A DNA stretch of 64,000 bases from an uncultured Spirochaetota bacterium (lineage in GTDB: Bacteria; Spirochaetota; Spirochaetia; SZUA-6; Fen-1364): contig CAWGAA010000001.1 in NCBI GenBank assembly GCA_963820525.1, positions 64,001-128,000 of the forward strand. Direction: 5' to 3'. The notes under the pieces were generated by a model. The model was not told the origin of the DNA. It saw only the letters and a list, made by a program, of their open reading frames with translations, and made no database searches. Below, in pieces: positions 8,723 to 18,187 of the stretch (the first letter of the stretch is position 1; each line of letters begins with the position of its first letter). The translations under genes were made by a program, and so were the position numbers.

Positions 8723-10494
8723 AGAAGAGTCGACTCGAGGAGCTTTCCGCGGCCCTGCCGGAGAGCGAGAGAAAAGAGATGCTGGATCGGATCTCCAAAC
8801 GGATGGAGCGGGAGGAGACCGAAGAGACCGTCCCCGTGGAGCTGGCTGCCGACGAACGGGAGAAGATCATCTCCTATGAGATGAAGAGATCCGCATGGTG
8901 GGTCCGCTTCCTCATCTGGCTTCGGACCTTCTTCTCCGGCCGATCCAAGGTGGACGTATTCCTCGAGATCAAGCTCGGATTGCTCAAGGCGAAGATCAGG
9001 TCCGTAAACCCCGGCCTCACGGGTTTCGAAACACGCGACCTTACGCCCAAGTTCGCCCGCATCCTCTACGACATGTACGCGAAGGTTTTTCCTCTCATCG
9101 GAGCCTACCAGGCGCTCACCTCGGACAAAGCGCTGAAGGCCGGGGCCTATGGACACTACTTCGAGTCGCGCTACGAGAGGGCGAGGAAGAGCCTGGACGA
9201 GTTCATGAGCCCCGAGGAAATGGAGGAGGTCTATTCCCAGACCGGCGACACCGAGGAGATCAGGAAAAAGCTCGGCATACGGATGAACGACTATATCCGG
9301 GCCGCGCCGGAAAGCCTCTTTGCCCAATTGGAGGAGCAGGCGAAGCTCCACCTCTACCTGGGCAAGCTCGTGCTTTTCCCCTACGCCGGCCTGTTTCGCT
9401 ATTTCACGTACATGCTCACCGACTCCTTGCCGAGCGGCTATCCCGTATTCGAGCATGCCCCCGTCATGCTCACCCTCGACCTGCTGGAGAAGCTCTACGG
9501 CGCCGTGGAGCTTGTCCGGCGCTGCGCGCCGGAATATCTCTATGCCGAGGAGCCCCTGGCATACTATCTCACCGCATCGCGCGGCGTACGGCCGGAGAAG
9601 GAGCAGGATGCCACCCTGACGGAGGCGGAGCTCGCGCGGCTGCGCGCACAGATCCTCGATCTCACCAAGGAGGTGGAGGAGTTCGAGAAGGACGTGCCGC
9701 TCCTGGAGATCATCCGCTTCTTCCGAAAGGATTCCTATTACAACCTCATGTTCAACGCGCCGCGGCTCTATCTGAAGAGCCTCTACTTCTCCACCCTCAA
9801 GGGGCGGATCGGGGAAGAGCTGGAGGAGAAGCTGGCCACGATCAGGGAGCGGGTGATCTCCAAGAAGATCCAGGACATCCTCAAGAGCCAGAAGCTCATC
9901 GAGCTCTCCTACTACAGGGAGAGCCTGGGATTCGATTTCAGGAAGATCGGCCTTCCCGTCTTTTCCCACATCAGGAGCATCAACCTCACATACAACTACC
10001 TCATCTCCCAGTACAAGGGAACGATCCAGGAAGCGGTGCAGGTTGTTTCCGCTACGGCGCTCGCCAACAACCGCATCACCCAAAACAGGCTCATGCAGAA
10101 CGTCTCCGGCCTGGAGGACCTGGAAGCGAAGATCATCCTCTTCGACCGGTCCCTTTCCCCCGAGGAAGACGACGGAAAGCAGCTGGCGCGGTTCCGCTTC
10201 AACGTGAGCACCGACCTCATCCTCCAGAAGAGCTACAGGGCGTTCGTCGTGCAGAAGGACCGGGAGGCTCGAGACCACGTCGAAAAAGCCCGGGAAAGCC
10301 TGAGCGGGATAAAGAAGATTTTCGACGAGATCCGCACGAGCACCTTCGAGAACACCCGCTCCCTGCTGAAGACCCTCCACATGTACAAGGGCAAGAACCA
10401 GACCCTTGCCCAGATCCTCAACGCGCGTTCCGAGGGGATCGGAGCGCTCTTGAGCCTTCTCGATCAGCTCCTGGAAATCGAAAAAGGGGCCTGA
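8716..10494 (+). CDS. Large all-helical conserved spirochete hypothetical protein (DUF5312-like)
   Basis: 592-aa ORF with strong host codon bias overlapping the thiN stop; family name from recollection only. Confidence 0.75.
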   Translation: MLEKSRLEELSAALPESERKEMLDRISKRMEREETEETVPVELAADEREKIISYEMKRSAWWVRFLIWLRTFFSGRSKVDVFLEIKLGLLKAKIRSVNPGLTGFETRDLTPKFARILYDMYAKVFPLIGAYQALTSDKALKAGAYGHYFESRYERARKSLDEFMSPEEMEEVYSQTGDTEEIRKKLGIRMNDYIRAAPESLFAQLEEQAKLHLYLGKLVLFPYAGLFRYFTYMLTDSLPSGYPVFEHAPVMLTLDLLEKLYGAVELVRRCAPEYLYAEEPLAYYLTASRGVRPEKEQDATLTEAELARLRAQILDLTKEVEEFEKDVPLLEIIRFFRKDSYYNLMFNAPRLYLKSLYFSTLKGRIGEELEEKLATIRERVISKKIQDILKSQKLIELSYYRESLGFDFRKIGLPVFSHIRSINLTYNYLISQYKGTIQEAVQVVSATALANNRITQNRLMQNVSGLEDLEAKIILFDRSLSPEEDDGKQLARFRFNVSTDLILQKSYRAFVVQKDREARDHVEKARESLSGIKKIFDEIRTSTFENTRSLLKTLHMYKGKNQTLAQILNARSEGIGALLSLLDQLLEIEKGA

Positions 10495-10970
10495 GAGGCG
10501 AGATCGCGCAGGCGGTTCACCGTCTCCCTCGGATCTTCAACCAACACCCGTTTTCCCGCTATCAGATCCGCAATTCCGGTCTCCCGGGGGTAGCGGGGAA
10601 TGATGTGGAGGTGAAGGTGGTCGATCGAGGCGCCCGCCGGTCGTCCCATGTTGTACCCGATGTTGTATCCTTGCGGAGAATACGCGCGGTCGAGAAGCTC
10701 CAGGAGGTAGCGCAGCAGGCCGGTGAGCCTCTGCTCCTCTTCCGCGGTGAGCTCCCGGATGTCCTCGACGTGGCGCATCGGGTAGAGGAGGAGATGGCCG
10801 GGATTGTAGGGGTAGAGGTTCACGGACGCCATGAAGAGCGTGTCGCGGATGATGGAGAGGTCGACCACGCCGGGGTCCCGGTCCCTAACCAGGCAGAGGA
10901 TGCAGCCCTGCGGCTTTCTTCCCTTGACGTAGGACATCTTGTCGAAGTTGAAGAAGTATCCGTCGCTCAC
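10464..10970 (-). CDS. HIT family protein (Ap4A hydrolase/phosphorylase, Fhit-like)
   Basis: GCILC, NLYPYNPGHLL, GYNIGYNMG..AGASIDHLHLHIIPR; GTG start. Confidence 0.9.
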   Translation of the reverse strand: MSDGYFFNFDKMSYVKGRKPQGCILCLVRDRDPGVVDLSIIRDTLFMASVNLYPYNPGHLLLYPMRHVEDIRELTAEEEQRLTGLLRYLLELLDRAYSPQGYNIGYNMGRPAGASIDHLHLHIIPRYPRETGIADLIAGKRVLVEDPRETVNRLRDLASQAPFSISRS

Positions 10971-10975
10971 GACGA

Positions 10976-11869
10976 TTATTCCAGGCGGTTCAGCCTGTCC
11001 AGCAGGTCGAGGTTCTGCAGATCTTGCGGGGAAAAACTCTTTGCCGTGGTGAGAAAGAGGAACTTGATGAGCGCGGGGTGTTTGTCCAGGAGCTCCCCGT
11101 ACTTTCCCAGGATCGCGAGGTTGCGTTCCTGCCGCTCCTCGGCAGCCTTCTGCTGGACTTCCTGTACGGCGAGGCGTGCAGCTTCGTTTTTCATCGTGCT
11201 TTCGCGGGCGGCGGCCATGCCGAGGTAGGTATTTCGCAGTTGCGCGTACAGGGCGACGTCGGGAACGCGGACGACCGTCGCGGCGAGAGAGACGAACTCG
11301 AGATGGGGGAAAGAACGGGGGAGCTGGGCCGCTATCAATTCGGCTATACCGCCCGTGACGTCGGGCAGCCCGGTGCCTGAGGCAGCGGGTGCCGCGGCCA
11401 CCTCCGCGCCCAAGGCGATCTCCGTCGCTTTGCTCCGCATCTGCTCGCTCCACGTCGCGTAGAGATCTGAAAGACCGTCCGGCCTGAGACGGACGGTGTC
11501 GGTGAGCCCGGGAAGGGCTTCAGGCTTGAGGCGGTAGAGGCCCGAGAGATGGAGCTGGAAGGAGAAATCGGGATGCTCGGGAGTGAGGGCGGCGTAGACA
11601 TCCCCGGAGGGCAGAATCCCGGAGATGGAAAGGTTCATCGATTGAGCCGTGAGGGGAAATCGATACAGGGTGAGGGCTCCGGGGATGATCCTTTCCCAGC
11701 GCCAGGTTATTCCTTCGGGCCGCACGACGGATTTCTCCAGCCCGTGGGCTCTGGTGAATATCACCCCGTAGGTGTCCGGAGCGAGAAGGAGTTGAATCCA
11801 TCCTACGAAGAAGCCGGCAATCAGGAGCGCGATGAGCACGCCCGTGGGGACGATCCAGTAATGTCGCAT
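10976..11869 (-). CDS. Membrane-anchored protein, divergent SPFH/band-7-like
   Basis: N-terminal TM, YGVIFTR..G...V.PEG..W.WE..IP, C-terminal coiled coil. Confidence 0.65.
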   Translation of the reverse strand: MRHYWIVPTGVLIALLIAGFFVGWIQLLLAPDTYGVIFTRAHGLEKSVVRPEGITWRWERIIPGALTLYRFPLTAQSMNLSISGILPSGDVYAALTPEHPDFSFQLHLSGLYRLKPEALPGLTDTVRLRPDGLSDLYATWSEQMRSKATEIALGAEVAAAPAASGTGLPDVTGGIAELIAAQLPRSFPHLEFVSLAATVVRVPDVALYAQLRNTYLGMAAARESTMKNEAARLAVQEVQQKAAEERQERNLAILGKYGELLDKHPALIKFLFLTTAKSFSPQDLQNLDLLDRLNRLE

Positions 11870-11913
11870 AATACTTCCCTGTCGGTCCTCGAACGATTTA
11901 TAATGGGACGTCG

Positions 11914-12249
11914 ATGAAAACATATCCTTTTCTCCTGCGGGTGTCCAGCTTCACGGGGAGGGCCGTGGTGTTTTTCTTCATCTCCTCGCTCCTCGCCTTC
12001 TTCTTCTATCTCCTGGGAAACTATCAGGACTTTCTCGACTCGACCCAGCTCTTTCTCCTGGCCGTACTGCACGTCTCGCTCATCCTCCAGCTCGCGTGCA
12101 GCGTCTACCTCGCGGCGTTCCTCGTCCTGCGCTCGATCCGCGAGCATAAGGTGTTCCTCGCGCGCTTCATCATGCTCGCCCTTTCGATGGCGGTGTGCGG
12201 CGGACTTCTGGTGTCGATGCGATTCCTCCAGTCCTGGCTCCAGGCCTGA
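11914..12249 (+). CDS. Small 3-TM membrane protein
   Basis: Three hydrophobic segments; GNYQDFLDSTQ loop; TATAAT at 11899. Confidence 0.7.
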   Translation: MKTYPFLLRVSSFTGRAVVFFFISSLLAFFFYLLGNYQDFLDSTQLFLLAVLHVSLILQLACSVYLAAFLVLRSIREHKVFLARFIMLALSMAVCGGLLVSMRFLQSWLQA

Positions 12250-12271
12250 AATGCTGTTATAATCATCCTCG

Positions 12272-13408
12272 ATGGTCGCCTTCACCCTCGACATGCCCAG
12301 GAGAATCTCGTTCGGCCTCGGGATACTGGCAAAGCTCCCGGCAATTGCAAAGGCGCTGGGGAGGCGCATCCTCATTGTGGCCGGCTCGCGCTGGTTCGCC
12401 GGCTCGGGGTGGAAGAGGAGGGTGGAGGAGATGCTCGGCGGGCTCGTCTTCGAGCACCTCACGTGCGGGACCGGAGAGCCGACAACCGACTCATTGGCCG
12501 AAGCTCGCGGGCGGGCCCGTGCGTTCGGCCCCGATGGAATTCTCGCCATCGGTGGAGGCTCGATCCTGGACACGGCCAAGGCCCTTTCGGCTCTCCTCGC
12601 ATTGCCCGCCAGGGTCGAGGAGTACCTGGAAGGAGTCGAAGGAGCCAGGGAGATTCCGGGGCCGGGAGTGCCGTGGATCGCGATTCCCTCCACGGCGGGC
12701 ACCGGGGCGGAGGTCACCAAGAACGCTGTCATCAAGCACACGACTCTCAATGTGAAGCGCAGCATGCGCTCCCTGCATCTCCTGGCCCGCGAGGTGCTGG
12801 TGGATCCCGAGCTCACCATGGGGCTTCCCCTCTCCGTCACGGGGATCTCGGGGCTCGACGCCCTGACGCAGCTTGTCGAGGCATACGTGTCGCGGGGCTC
12901 GACTCCGCTCATCAGCGGGATGGTGCGAAACGCCTTCCCGCTGATGCTTGATGCGCTGCGCGGTCTTCCCGCAAACCCGTCCAGCCCGGAGCTGCGCTCA
13001 GATGCCTCCTATGGGGCTCTCGTCAGCGGGATCGCCCTCGCCAACGCGGGCCTCGGAGCCGCCCACGGATTCGCGGCAGCGATCGGCGGCGCCTACGAGA
13101 TCCAGCATGGGCTTCTCTGCGCGGTGATGCTCCCCCATGTGCTCGAGGCCAACGCGCCGGTGATAACGGAGCGAATCGCGGAGCTCGCATCGGGGGAAGC
13201 GGACGGACGGGACCCGGTCGAATGGCTTGCCGAAACGGTGCGCGAGCTCCTGCGTGCCTACGGCCTCCCTCTCGACCTGAAGAGCTTCGGCATTCCCAGA
13301 AGCATGCTGTCGGAGCTTGCCGAAAACTCGTCGGGCTCCAGCATGCGGGGAAATCCGCGGGAGCTGAGCAGGCAGGACAAGGAAAACCTGCTCTCCCGAG
13401 TCATCTGA
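12272..13408 (+). CDS. Iron-containing alcohol dehydrogenase
   Basis: GEPT, AIGGGSILDTAKA, IPSTAGTGAEVT, DALTQLVE, GLGAAHG, HGLLCA. Confidence 0.93.
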   Translation: MVAFTLDMPRRISFGLGILAKLPAIAKALGRRILIVAGSRWFAGSGWKRRVEEMLGGLVFEHLTCGTGEPTTDSLAEARGRARAFGPDGILAIGGGSILDTAKALSALLALPARVEEYLEGVEGAREIPGPGVPWIAIPSTAGTGAEVTKNAVIKHTTLNVKRSMRSLHLLAREVLVDPELTMGLPLSVTGISGLDALTQLVEAYVSRGSTPLISGMVRNAFPLMLDALRGLPANPSSPELRSDASYGALVSGIALANAGLGAAHGFAAAIGGAYEIQHGLLCAVMLPHVLEANAPVITERIAELASGEADGRDPVEWLAETVRELLRAYGLPLDLKSFGIPRSMLSELAENSSGSSMRGNPRELSRQDKENLLSRVI

Positions 13409-13430
13409 GCAAGGAAGGTGGAGCTCAAGA

Positions 13431-13805
13431 ATGGTTTTTGCCGTGAGGGGCGCAATCCAGGTTGGAGAGAATTCGGCGGTCGCGATCCAGGATGCCTCCG
13501 CCAGGCTCGTGCGGGAGATCTGCCGGAGGAACGGGCTTGAGGAGCAGGACGTGGTGAGCGTCATCTTCTCCTTGACAACGGACCTCTCCGCTGCCAATCC
13601 CGCGGCCGGGCTTCGACGCGGTGGATTCTCCGAGACGCCGCTTTTCTGCGTGCAGGAGGTGCGCGTGGAGGGGGGCATGCCTCGGATCATCAGGGTGCTT
13701 CTCACGGCGGAGATCGACAGGCGGCGCAGAGACGGCGGCGGGCGGCGGGCGGTGCACGTGTATCTCGACGGCGCGGAAGCGCTGCGTCCCGATCTGGTCG
13801 GATGA
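13431..13805 (+). CDS. aroH: Chorismate mutase, AroH class
   Basis: AVRGA, VIFSLT.DL....PA, CVQE..V.G...R.IRVL, HVYL..A..LRPDL. Confidence 0.93.
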   Translation: MVFAVRGAIQVGENSAVAIQDASARLVREICRRNGLEEQDVVSVIFSLTTDLSAANPAAGLRRGGFSETPLFCVQEVRVEGGMPRIIRVLLTAEIDRRRRDGGGRRAVHVYLDGAEALRPDLVG

Positions 13806-15385
13806 CCGGTATGCCGCCATTTTCAGTCTGGCATGTCACGCGGGAGTACTCGGGGATTGCCGAGGCGGGAGGAGTGAAGGACGCGGTCCACGGCCTCTCT
13901 CTGGCATTGGCGCGCGCGGGCGTCAACACCTCGGTAGTCATCCCCTACTACGGGTTTCTCCGGGGAAAGCTTCCCCAGGGAGAGAGCGTCGCCTCCTTTT
14001 CGCTTTCCATCCCGGACCAGGACAAGGGCTTTCGGGTTCGCGAGGAGCAGGTGCAGGTATTCTCCCGCAGCGCCGACGGAGTGAGGCTCCTGCTGGTCGA
14101 TTCGCCCCGGTTCGCCGACAAGAGGGACGTGTACACCTACACCGCGGAAGACGAGGCCGAGAACCCGCACAAGAAAAAAGGGACGGGACACTGGGATGCC
14201 CACCAGATGAACCTGATTCTGCAAAGGGCGGCGCTCGAGGCCGCCCTCACTAGAGAAGAGGAGATGCCTCGGATCTTTCACTGCCACGACGGGCATTCGG
14301 CGTTTCTCCCCGCGGTCATGCGGGAGAGCCCGCGCTTCGCGGCCCGCTTTTCGGCGGCGCGCGCCATGGTCACCATCCACAACGCCGGGATGGGCTACCA
14401 CCAGGAGATCTGGAGCATCGAGTTCGCCCGGTTGGTGACCGGCCTTGCGGAGGCTGTCCTCCGCCGCGGGCTTCTCAACGAAACGGTGGATCCCCTCGCG
14501 CTCGCCTCCGCGTACGCGCCCCTCTCGACAGTTTCGGAGAACTACGCGCGCGAGCTTCTGCTTGAGGAGGCGGCGGAGCTCGCAGGCGGGCTGGGACGCT
14601 TTCTCCGGGAGCGCGGGATTCCCCTTCGCGGAATTACTAACGGAATCGAGCCGGAAGCCTACGATCCGCGGAACCCGGCGGCTTGCGGGCTCCCCTACCG
14701 CTTCGATCCCAGCCAGGGGGATTGGGAAGGAAAGAGGAAGTGCCGGGCGAAGCTTTTCGAGCATCTCTCCCTGGCGAAGCCGGACGAAGGGGTTCCCCTG
14801 TTCGGCTTCATAGGACGGCTCACGCCGCAAAAGGGCATCGACGTTCTCCTGGGGGCAATCTCAAACCACCTGAGCGAGGGGAGCCGCCTGAGGTTCATTG
14901 TTCTCGGCCAGGGGGAAGGTAGGGCTGAAGAGCGATTCCTGACGCTGGCCGCGAAGAAGCCCGGGGATGGCGGGCTTCTCTTCCTTGCGCGATTCGACCC
15001 GGCTCTGGCAAAGCTGGTCTATGCCTCGAGTGATTTCCTCCTCATTCCCTCCGCCTATGAGCCATGCGGCCTCACGGATTTTCATGCCCAGCTCCTGGGA
15101 GCGATTCCCGTTGTGCATCGCGTGGGAGGGTTGGTGAAGGTCAGGGACGGGGAAACGGGCTTCTCCTACGCCGAGCACAGCGTCTCCGCACTCTCCGAGG
15201 CGATTGGCAGGTGCGCGCATCTGCTCCGCGAGGCCCCCGACTTTATCGAAGAGATACGACGGCGCGCCTTTCAGGAGATCTTCGAAAAGCATACATGGGA
15301 CAAGGTGGCCCGCGACGGCTATATCCCTTTCTATGAATCGATGCTTGAGGGACGGAGCGCGGAGGGGACGTGGAGAGGGAAATAA
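13802..15385 (+). CDS. glgA: Glycogen/starch synthase family GT5 glycosyltransferase
   Basis: HCHDGH, TIHN..Y, GITNGI, IGRLTPQKG, PSAYEPCGL, VGGL; N-terminal motif reads EAGG rather than KxGG. Confidence 0.85.
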   Translation: MTGMPPFSVWHVTREYSGIAEAGGVKDAVHGLSLALARAGVNTSVVIPYYGFLRGKLPQGESVASFSLSIPDQDKGFRVREEQVQVFSRSADGVRLLLVDSPRFADKRDVYTYTAEDEAENPHKKKGTGHWDAHQMNLILQRAALEAALTREEEMPRIFHCHDGHSAFLPAVMRESPRFAARFSAARAMVTIHNAGMGYHQEIWSIEFARLVTGLAEAVLRRGLLNETVDPLALASAYAPLSTVSENYARELLLEEAAELAGGLGRFLRERGIPLRGITNGIEPEAYDPRNPAACGLPYRFDPSQGDWEGKRKCRAKLFEHLSLAKPDEGVPLFGFIGRLTPQKGIDVLLGAISNHLSEGSRLRFIVLGQGEGRAEERFLTLAAKKPGDGGLLFLARFDPALAKLVYASSDFLLIPSAYEPCGLTDFHAQLLGAIPVVHRVGGLVKVRDGETGFSYAEHSVSALSEAIGRCAHLLREAPDFIEEIRRRAFQEIFEKHTWDKVARDGYIPFYESMLEGRSAEGTWRGK

Positions 15386-16167
15386 GCCTCAAGACTTCCC
15401 TGGACGTAGCCCACATCCGTCGGGCATGCCGTGTCGTCGAAAAATGTCTTCGCTATCTCAAGGAATACGTCAAGCCCGGTGTTTCCACGGCTGAGCTGGA
15501 CAGGATTGCCGAGAGATTCCTCAAAGAAAACGGGGCCACTCCCGCTCTGCGCGGCTACCGGGGTTTTCCCGGCAGCATCTGTACGTCCGTGAATAACGTC
15601 GCGGCCCACGGCATCCCTTCGAGCCAGGTTCTCGAGGACGGCGATGTAATCTCCATCGACATTACGGTGAGCATCGCGGGGTGGCACGGCGATGCGGCAT
15701 GGACATATATCGTTGGCGCCGGCTCGTCTGACGCGCGGCGCCTGATACGGGCGGCATGGAGCGCGAGCCTCGCCGGCGTGCGGGCGTCCCGCGCGGGAGG
15801 ACGCATCGGGGATGTGGGCAGCGCCATTCAGGAAGCGGCCCGGAGGTTCGGCTGCTCCGTGATCGAGGACTACGTGGGCCATGGAATCGGCCGCGCGATG
15901 CACGAGGATCCCATGGTGCTCAACTTCGGCGAGCAGGATACGGGCATCAGGATCGTGCCCGGCATGGTTTTCACGGTGGAGCCCATCCTGAACCTCGGCG
16001 GGTTGGATGTCCATGTATCCAACGACGGATGGACCCTGGCCACCGCGGACGGAAGCCTCTCCGCCCAATTCGAGCACACCATCGCGGTTTTCCGGGACAC
16101 GACGGAAGTGCTCACCTATTCCCAGGGCGATATCTTCGAGCATATTGACTTTCCACCCTTCTTTTAA
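15370..16167 (+). CDS. map: Methionine aminopeptidase type I
   Basis: GYRGFP.SICTSVN...HGIP, GD.ISID, GHGIG..MHEDP, FTVEP, AQFEHT. Confidence 0.96.
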   Translation: MEREISLKTSLDVAHIRRACRVVEKCLRYLKEYVKPGVSTAELDRIAERFLKENGATPALRGYRGFPGSICTSVNNVAAHGIPSSQVLEDGDVISIDITVSIAGWHGDAAWTYIVGAGSSDARRLIRAAWSASLAGVRASRAGGRIGDVGSAIQEAARRFGCSVIEDYVGHGIGRAMHEDPMVLNFGEQDTGIRIVPGMVFTVEPILNLGGLDVHVSNDGWTLATADGSLSAQFEHTIAVFRDTTEVLTYSQGDIFEHIDFPPFF

Positions 16168-16188
16168 TAGGGTTTTTTCGAACTCAGC

Positions 16189-16261
16189 GCCACCTTAGCT
16201 CAACTGGCAGAGCACGTGATTTGTAATCTCGAGGTTCTCGGTTCAAGTCCGAGAGGTGGCT
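16189..16261 (+). tRNA. tRNA-Thr(UGU), CCA not encoded
   Basis: GCCACCT/AGGTGGC acceptor stem, D arm GCTC/GAGC, loop TT-TGT-AA, T loop GTTCAAGTC. Confidence 0.93.
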
Positions 16262-16265
16262 GGCC

Positions 16266-16286
16266 CAGCGCGGCGAAGCCGCGCTG
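16266..16286. repeat. Perfect GC hairpin between the tRNAs
   Basis: CAGCGCGGC-GAA-GCCGCGCTG. Confidence 0.7.
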
Positions 16287-16322
16287 AAGGGGCCCCGATC
16301 CAGCAAGGTGAGCGGGCACGCC

Positions 16323-16351
16323 TTGACAGAGGGGGCGATTTCCTGTACATC
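16323..16351 (+). promoter_or_regulatory. Putative promoter for tRNA-Tyr
   Basis: TTGACA-N17-TACATC (weak -10). Confidence 0.45.
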
Positions 16352-16369
16352 TCGCCCGTTCATGGGCTT

Positions 16370-16451
16370 GGGGAGATTCCCGAGTGGTCAAAGGGGGCAG
16401 ACTGTAAATCTGTTGGCTCAGCCTTCGAAGGTTCGAATCCTTCTCTCCCCA
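16370..16451 (+). tRNA. tRNA-Tyr(GUA), CCA not encoded
   Basis: GGGGAGA/TCTCCCC acceptor, GCAGA-CTGTAAA-TCTGT anticodon arm, long variable arm, GTTCGAATC. Confidence 0.96.
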
Positions 16452-16453
16452 AT

Positions 16454-16484
16454 AGCCTTCTGCCGCTGGGCTGGAAGGCTTTTT
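16454..16484 (+). terminator. Intrinsic terminator after tRNA-Tyr
   Basis: AGCCTTC...GAAGGCT followed by TTTT. Confidence 0.7.
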
Positions 16485-16533
16485 CATTTCTCGATGAGAC
16501 CTATCCGCACTCGCAGTGGGAAAGGCACGTAGG

Positions 16534-16974
16534 ATGCCCGACGCTCCTTTCTACGACGACGGCCTGCGTTTCCAGTGCACGCGCTGCTCCCGCTGCTGCC
16601 GCCATACGCCCGGCTACGTCTTTGTCTCGGAGAACGACATCGCGAGGCTCTCCCGGTTTCTGGGGTTGGCGCGCGGGGAGATCATCCGCAGATACTGCCG
16701 GCAGGTTTCGTTCGGAATCGTGAAGAGAATCAGCTTCACCGAGAAGCAGAACCTCGACTGCGTGTTCTGGGAGAACGATGGATGCTCGGTCTACGAGGCT
16801 CGACCCCTGCAGTGCCAGAGCTTTCCTTTCTGGAGCTCCAACGTGGCCTCCCGCGCCGAGTGGGAGGGATGGATCTCCCAGTGCCCCGGCATCGGCCAGG
16901 GGCGGATTCACTCGAAGGGGGAGATCGAGCGCTGGCTTCGACGGCGAGTCGAAGAGGGGTTCATCGAAAGGTGA
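16534..16974 (+). CDS. YkgJ family cysteine-cluster (Zn/Fe-chelating) protein
   Basis: GLRFQCTRCSRCC, CVFW...GCSVYEARPLQC.SFPFW, CPGIG. Confidence 0.9.
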   Translation: MPDAPFYDDGLRFQCTRCSRCCRHTPGYVFVSENDIARLSRFLGLARGEIIRRYCRQVSFGIVKRISFTEKQNLDCVFWENDGCSVYEARPLQCQSFPFWSSNVASRAEWEGWISQCPGIGQGRIHSKGEIERWLRRRVEEGFIER

Positions 16975-17017
16975 GAGGGGTGAACGCTCGGCCCATGACA
17001 TATGAAAGGTCGCCGAA

Positions 17018-17959
17018 ATGAAAGTGAAGTTCTGGGGCGTGCGTGGATCTCTGCCAACGCCGCTTGCCCCGCACGAAGTGCGGAGCAAGATCTCTACGGT
17101 GGTTCAGAGGATCAGGCCGCAAGACCTCGAAAGCCCCCGCACCCGAGAGCTGTTCCTGGCGTCGCTTCCCGGCTATCTCTTCGGCACAATAGGCGGCAAT
17201 ACCACCTGCGTTGAGGTGCGCACCGACGATGGCCGGATCATCATCCTTGACGGCGGCTCAGGTCTGCGGGAGCTGGGATTGTCCCTGGAGAGAAGCCACG
17301 ACCCGACCTGGGAGTTTCCCATCCTCTTCACGCATTTTCATTGGGACCACCTCCAGGGGATCCCCTTTTTCGGCCCCGCATGGGTGAAGCGGAACCGGAT
17401 CATCTTCGCAAGCCCCACGCAGGGCATCGAGAAGGTCCTTCGGGAGCAGATGAGACCGCCGTACTTTCCCGTAACGATGGACGCGATGGGCGCCGAGCTT
17501 GCATTCGTCTGGCTCGTCGGAGAAAAGCTTACCCTGGGAGACGCGGACGTCTTCTGGAAGGAGATGAACCATCCCGGCTCCTCCTTCGCCTACAAGATCG
17601 TCCAGAACGGCAAGAGCGTGATATTCGCCACGGACTGCGAGGTGACCGACAGCGAGTTCCGGCAGCGCGAGGAGAACCGCAAGTTCTTCCAATCCGCGGA
17701 CCTCCTCATCCTGGATTCCCAGTACACGCTGGAGGAATCCTTCTCCAAGTTCGATTTCGGCCATACCTCGTACACGATGGCCGTGAACCTCGCCGTGGAA
17801 TGGCAGGTGAAGACCCTTGTGCTCTTCCACCACGAGCCGCGCTATGACGACAAGAAGATCTTCGGGATGCAGCGCAAGGCCCACTGGCATCTGGATCAGC
17901 TCGGCTCCTCGGGGCTCGCAATCCGCACGGCGCAGGAAGGCCTCGAGCTCGAGGTATGA
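17018..17959 (+). CDS. MBL-fold metallo-hydrolase (RNase Z / phosphodiesterase-like)
   Basis: FWGVRGS.PTP, GGNTTC, THFHWDHLQG, HPG, FGH, LFHHEP. Confidence 0.9.
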   Translation: MKVKFWGVRGSLPTPLAPHEVRSKISTVVQRIRPQDLESPRTRELFLASLPGYLFGTIGGNTTCVEVRTDDGRIIILDGGSGLRELGLSLERSHDPTWEFPILFTHFHWDHLQGIPFFGPAWVKRNRIIFASPTQGIEKVLREQMRPPYFPVTMDAMGAELAFVWLVGEKLTLGDADVFWKEMNHPGSSFAYKIVQNGKSVIFATDCEVTDSEFRQREENRKFFQSADLLILDSQYTLEESFSKFDFGHTSYTMAVNLAVEWQVKTLVLFHHEPRYDDKKIFGMQRKAHWHLDQLGSSGLAIRTAQEGLELEV

Positions 17960-18138
17960 GCGCTGTAGAGCTTTCCGAAGGCGAGGTAGAGCAGCTCTAT
18001 GCCCTCCTGAAGAGCAGGGAAGATATCTTGCCCAGGGAGCTTCTCCAGCTTCTGGCGAGGGTCGAAAAGTCCCTCTATGGCCGGCTGACGGTTGAAGAGC
18101 TGGAGCGGCTCTCTCGTCTCTTTTCAAAGGGCGTTTGA
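17956..18138 (+). CDS. Small 60-aa helical hypothetical protein
   Basis: ATGA overlap with the upstream gene, SD GAGG; amphipathic Leu/Glu pattern. Confidence 0.65.
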   Translation: MSAVELSEGEVEQLYALLKSREDILPRELLQLLARVEKSLYGRLTVEELERLSRLFSKGV

Positions 18139-18164
18139 TTTCCTTGGCTCTTCGGTGATACTCT
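18135..18164 (+). promoter_or_regulatory. Putative promoter for the giant OmpA-domain gene
   Basis: TTGATT-N18-TACTCT with TGn extension; SD GGAGG before ATG 18188. Confidence 0.5.
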
Positions 18165-18187
18165 ATGGAGAAGCGGGGAGGTTTGAA

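Noticed and set aside
8719..11228. Long alternative-frame and antisense ORFs (553 aa, 777 aa) and similar ones such as 22947-24575, 25403-26863 and 35592-37016
   Set aside because: Shadow ORFs from high GC3 bias over well-supported genes; Arg/Gly/Pro-rich with no motifs.
16189..16490. Integrative element at the tRNA genes
   Set aside because: No integrase, duplicated tRNA 3' end or compositional shift nearby.
16200..16723. ORFs across the tRNA region
   Set aside because: They are translations of tRNA genes and spacer.
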